Of a stretch of 64,000 nt of DNA, positions 59,900 to 64,000 are shown one piece after another (within the stretch, counting starts at the first letter, position 1; every line of letters begins with the position of its first letter). A model generated the notes under the pieces. That model was not told the origin of the DNA and made no database searches. It worked only from the letters and a program-made list of their open reading frames with translations. This DNA is from the human T2T-CHM13v2.0 reference genome, Homo sapiens, in NCBI RefSeq assembly GCF_009914755.1, contig NC_060934.1. One strand, 5' to 3'. The position numbers and the translations under genes were made by a program.

Positions 59900-60307
59900 T
59901 GTCATCCCTACTATCTTCTGTCTAGTCATACTCCTATTCACCATTCTCAGCTACTCATACATGCCCTGCTCTTGTTTACACTGCCGGTTTACACTGTTTC
60001 TCCAAGCCATCACAGCTGATATCTCCTGGTGCTATCCCCAAACTGCCACTCTTAACTCTTGAAGTAAATAAATAATCTTTGCTGGCAGGACTATGCTGAA
60101 TCTCCTTAGGCACTCTCTAATCAGATGTCCTGGGTCCTCCCAATTCTTAGACCTTTTATACCTGTTTTTCTCCTTCTCTTATTCCATTTAGTTTTTCAAT
60201 TCATACAAAACCATATCCAGGCCATCACCAATCATTCTATACAACAAATGTTTCTTCTAACAACCCCACAATATCACCCCTTACCACAAAATCTTCCTTC
60301 AGCTTAA
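59900..60307 (+). pseudogene. HERV-H env remnant (mostly deleted; TM anchor and tail left)
   Basis: SWVLPILRPFIPVFLLLLF...FIQNHIQAITNHSIQQM. Confidence 0.8.
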
Positions 60308-60470
60308 TCTCTCCCACTCTAGGTTCCCAAGCCACCCCAATCCTGCTCGAAGCAGCCCTGAGAAACATCGCCCATTCTCTCTCTCCATACCACCCCCCAA
60401 AAATTTTCGCCACCCCAACACTTCAACACTATTTTGTTTTATTTTTCTTATTAATATAAGAAGGCAGGAA

Positions 60471-60921
60471 TGTCAGGCCTCTGAGCCCAAGCCAAGCCAT
60501 CGCATCCCCTGTGACTTGCACATATTCGCCCAGATGGCCTGAAGTAACTGAAGAATCACAAAAGAAGTGAATATGCCCTGCCCCGCCTTAACTGATGACA
60601 TTCCACCACAAAAGAAGTGAAAATGGCCTGTTCCTGCCTTAACTGATGACATTGTCTTGTGAAATTCCTTTTCCTGGCTCATCCTGGCTCAAAAACCTCC
60701 CCCACTGAGCACCTTGCAACCCCCACTCCTGCCCGCCAGAGAACAAACCCCCTTTGACTGTCATTTTCCTTTACCTACCCAAATCTTATAAAACGGCCCC
60801 ACCCCTATCTCCCTTTGCTGACTCTCTTTTCAGACTTAGCCCGCCTGCACCCAGGTGATTAAAAGCTGTATTGCTCACACAAAGCCTGTTTGGTGGTCTC
60901 TTCACACGGACGCGCATGAAA
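60471..60921 (+). promoter_or_regulatory. 3' LTR7 with polyadenylation signal ATTAAA (60858-60863)
   Basis: About 96% identical to the 5' LTR by manual alignment. Confidence 0.95.
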
Positions 60922-60981
60922 CCTATAATACCAGCACTTTGGGAGGCCGAGGCGGGCCGATCACCTGAGGTCAGGAGGTCA

Positions 60982-61200
<219 letters not shown>

Positions 61201-62734
61201 TTATTTAGATAGTGAGGGTTCGGGAGTCCTTGGTAAGGTTTTCCTTTCAATGAAAAGCAGCCCCAAAATCATTTCTTTTCTAACAAAGAGCAACCTGTAA
61301 AATCAAGCTGCAGACATAGACACACAAGCTAGAAGCTTGCAAGGGTGAATGCCAGCAGCTGTGCCAATAGGAAATGGCTACCTGGGGCTAGGCAGGTTCA
61401 AAATGGCATCTCCATCTTCCCTTCTCCTTGCCAAACCACATGTACAGTAAGGAAAAGACAGCATGGCGCTGGCCAGGCAAAGACTCCATTTGCCTAATAA
61501 GATTAGGGTGGGACGACCAGCTTCCTCACCAGCTATGTAAACATCGCACCTGGTCCAACCAATCTATGGGCCCTATGTAAATCAGTCATAGCCTCCTCAA
61601 GCCTGTCTATAAAATCCGGTACACTCCACAGTGGGCCAGAAGTCCCATTCAGGTGCCCCTCTCTTTCGCAAGAGAGAGAGCTGTTCTCCTTTCTCTTTCT
61701 TTAGCCTATTAAACCTCCGCTCCTAAACCCACTTCTTGTGACCACTTAATTGATTTCCTTGGCATGAGATGACAAACCTCAGGTATTTACTCCAGACAAT
61801 GGTGCTGTTTCATAGCTAGCCTAGTGGACTGGATAAAAGCCCTAAGAAGGGGAACTATCCAACTCTACTTAGTAATGCCAAGTGGAGCACGCCAGATGCA
61901 GCTGCTGATGTGCTTCATCTACAAGCCATGAGGGACTCACTTTATGATGATAGGAATATTCACCCACTAAATATGCCCATTACCTAGTTCATGATAAATG
62001 CTGTGGTTATAGGGGCTAAAGGGGCTCCTTCCAAATGGGCACCCTATGTAATGCTACTCCTACTGTTGTCCAGAACAACACGAGAAGCCGTAGCAAATTG
62101 GCTGTTTCAGCTTCCCCTCATGGGTCTTACAGATGCTAATAATACATTAAAGTAATTAAGAAGAGCATGGGGAAAAGCAAAAGGGAGAGTCAAAGGACTC
62201 ATTCCAGGAAGGTGGAAATTTTTAAATGGTTATTCTAAAAAATAAGGTGAAGAAAGAAAACAATGATAGAAAAACAATGAAACTCAGAGAAGAAATGAGA
62301 GAGAAACATGGGATTCATCCCATCAGGGTAGTAGAAGTCTTTAGATGGTTATTAAGAAATTAAACGAATAAAATAGAAACTGATGGGGTTAAAACAAAGG
62401 TCTTAGTACAACATTACCAAGGGCTGGATGGACCAAAGGGATTTTGCTAGTTCCCCAGCATTAAAGGGCCCCAAACCTTTTTATTCCCTTTACCCTAGAT
62501 TGGAGAAATTTTTTTAAAAAGTCAAAAGACAAAGATTACAATGAGAAAGCTGGCCAATAATTGCCTGGGGCATAGTGAGGCAGGTGAACCAAGATATGGA
62601 TTGACAAAAGGGCCTAAGTCCCTTGGCTCAACCTCCTGCTGGGAACCCAGGTCCTTTTCAAAAGAAAGGGTAAAACGGTCATAAAAGAAGTTTCTGGGAC
62701 CAGAATGTAAAAATGCAGGATTGCAAAAGTTGGA

Positions 62735-63033
62735 TTTTTTTTTTTGTTTTTTTTTTTGTTTTGTTTTTTTTGAGATGTAGTCTCACTCTGTTGCCCAGGC
62801 TGAAGTGCGGTGGTGCGATCTCGGCTCACCGCAACCTCTGCCTCTTAGGTTCAACCAATTCTCCTGCCTCAGCCTCATGAGTAGCTGGGAGTACAGGCGC
62901 CCACCACCTCACCTAGCTAATTTTTGTATTTTTAGTAGAGACAGGGTTTCACCGTGTTGGCCAGGCTGGTCTTGAACTCCTGACCTCAGGCGATCCACCT
63001 GCCTCAGCCTCCCAAAGTGCTTGGATTACAGGC
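62735..63033 (-). mobile_element. AluS, slightly 5'-truncated
   Basis: Antisense dimer ending at gattacaggc; TSD (gc)aaaagttgga. Confidence 0.92.
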
Positions 63034-63199
63034 AAAAGTTGGAATGTTTAAACAGGCATTTTCTAAAGTGATTGTGTCTTCTTTACCTAAATGTTTATAA
63101 AAATGGATCTTGTATCTGACTGGGAGAGGTTTCCCCTACCTAGTACTATAAAACAGAAAGGATGTAAATGCGCCCCTCAGGCAATATTAAATGGACATG

Positions 63200-63403
63200 T
63201 GCGGGCAGGAGAACAACACATGCTGGGGCCTTTTGTGGGGGGCCTGAGGGAGAGCATTGGGAAGAATAGCTAATGAACACTGGGCTTGACACCTGGGTGA
63301 CGGGATGATATGTGCAACTGGCCATCATGGCACACGTTTACCTACGTAACAAACCTGCACATCCTGCATATGTACTCCTGAACTTAAAAGTTGAAGAAAA
63401 AAA
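63200..63403 (+). mobile_element. Very short 5'-truncated L1PA 3'UTR
   Basis: catggcacacgtttacctacgtaacaaacctgcacatcctgc + polyA; exact TSD aaatggacatg. Confidence 0.9.
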
Positions 63404-64000
63404 AAATGGACATGCTAAATGAGAACCAGTAAGATTGCCCAAGCCCACAGAGTGGAGAGTAAAAGCTAGAATGCTGGTGGGAACAAATTCTGTACTTTGA
63501 TAGCCCTTTGTAGAGCATTTATTGCAGGTTTTGGCAAAAGTCTGTGAGCACTTCCCAATGATGATTACTGAGACTTTAAGAGAATTTCCACTTGAGGAGC
63601 ATTTACTGCCTTGCTAAGGGACATTAAGTGAAGCTATCCCTATGCTAACAGGGATAGCAGTGCCCCATTGAAGTGCCCAGGGTTCCCTAATAAAATGGAA
63701 ATGGTTTATATAGGATGATGCCATCTGGAGTGTACAACGAGGAGATACTCATGAGCAAAGAGCTACTTTCTCCCTAGGACTGCGTCTGAAGCTATGCGAG
63801 GAGCTCCTGGATTTTACATTACCCAATAAATAGCTCTCACCTGACTGATAAAGAGCTGCTTGGTTTGTGGATGGTAGCTCCAAGATGAAAGGACAATGTC
63901 CTGCTTGGAAGGCTGCTACTCTGATTGTAAAGCATACTTTTGTGAGCAGAATATACCTCTCTGAGTTCTCCAAAATTTGGAAACTATCTGTGAGTATTCC

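Larger units (their letters stand above)
54965..60921 (+). mobile_element. HERV-H provirus, common deleted (RTVL-H2-like) form, 5957 bp
   Basis: Two 451-bp LTR7s, His PBS, PPT aagaaggcaggaa (60458-60470), 5-bp TSD cctat, gag/pro/pol/env remnants. Confidence 0.97.

Overview
This is primate DNA, almost certainly human: it contains an AluYb8 with the diagnostic GCAGTCC duplication. The window looks intergenic or intronic, and I can support no cellular protein-coding gene, tRNA, rRNA or CRISPR array. The provided ORFs are transposon-derived or chance. Old L1, L2, MIR, DNA-transposon and MaLR relics dominate 1-41 kb, with several Alus and a 2-kb MER52 LTR. The 41-64 kb region is a dense LTR/ERV cluster. 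Its centrepiece is a 5957-bp deleted-type HERV-H provirus (LTR7, His PBS, TSD CCTAT), which sits inside an Alu, inside an LTR9, inside the gag of an older ERV. That older ERV has a MER4-group-like LTR, a Ser-type PBS and class III (HERV-L/HERV-S)-like gag/pro/RNase H remnants with no RT core. Other signals are two template-switch or fold-back scars (9.1 kb, 15.4 kb), an ancient gap-free 87-bp duplication, a strong CTCF motif and one candidate non-coding exon. I found no convincing new biological system. Subfamily names and motif comparisons come from recalled consensus sequences and need Dfam/RepeatMasker confirmation.
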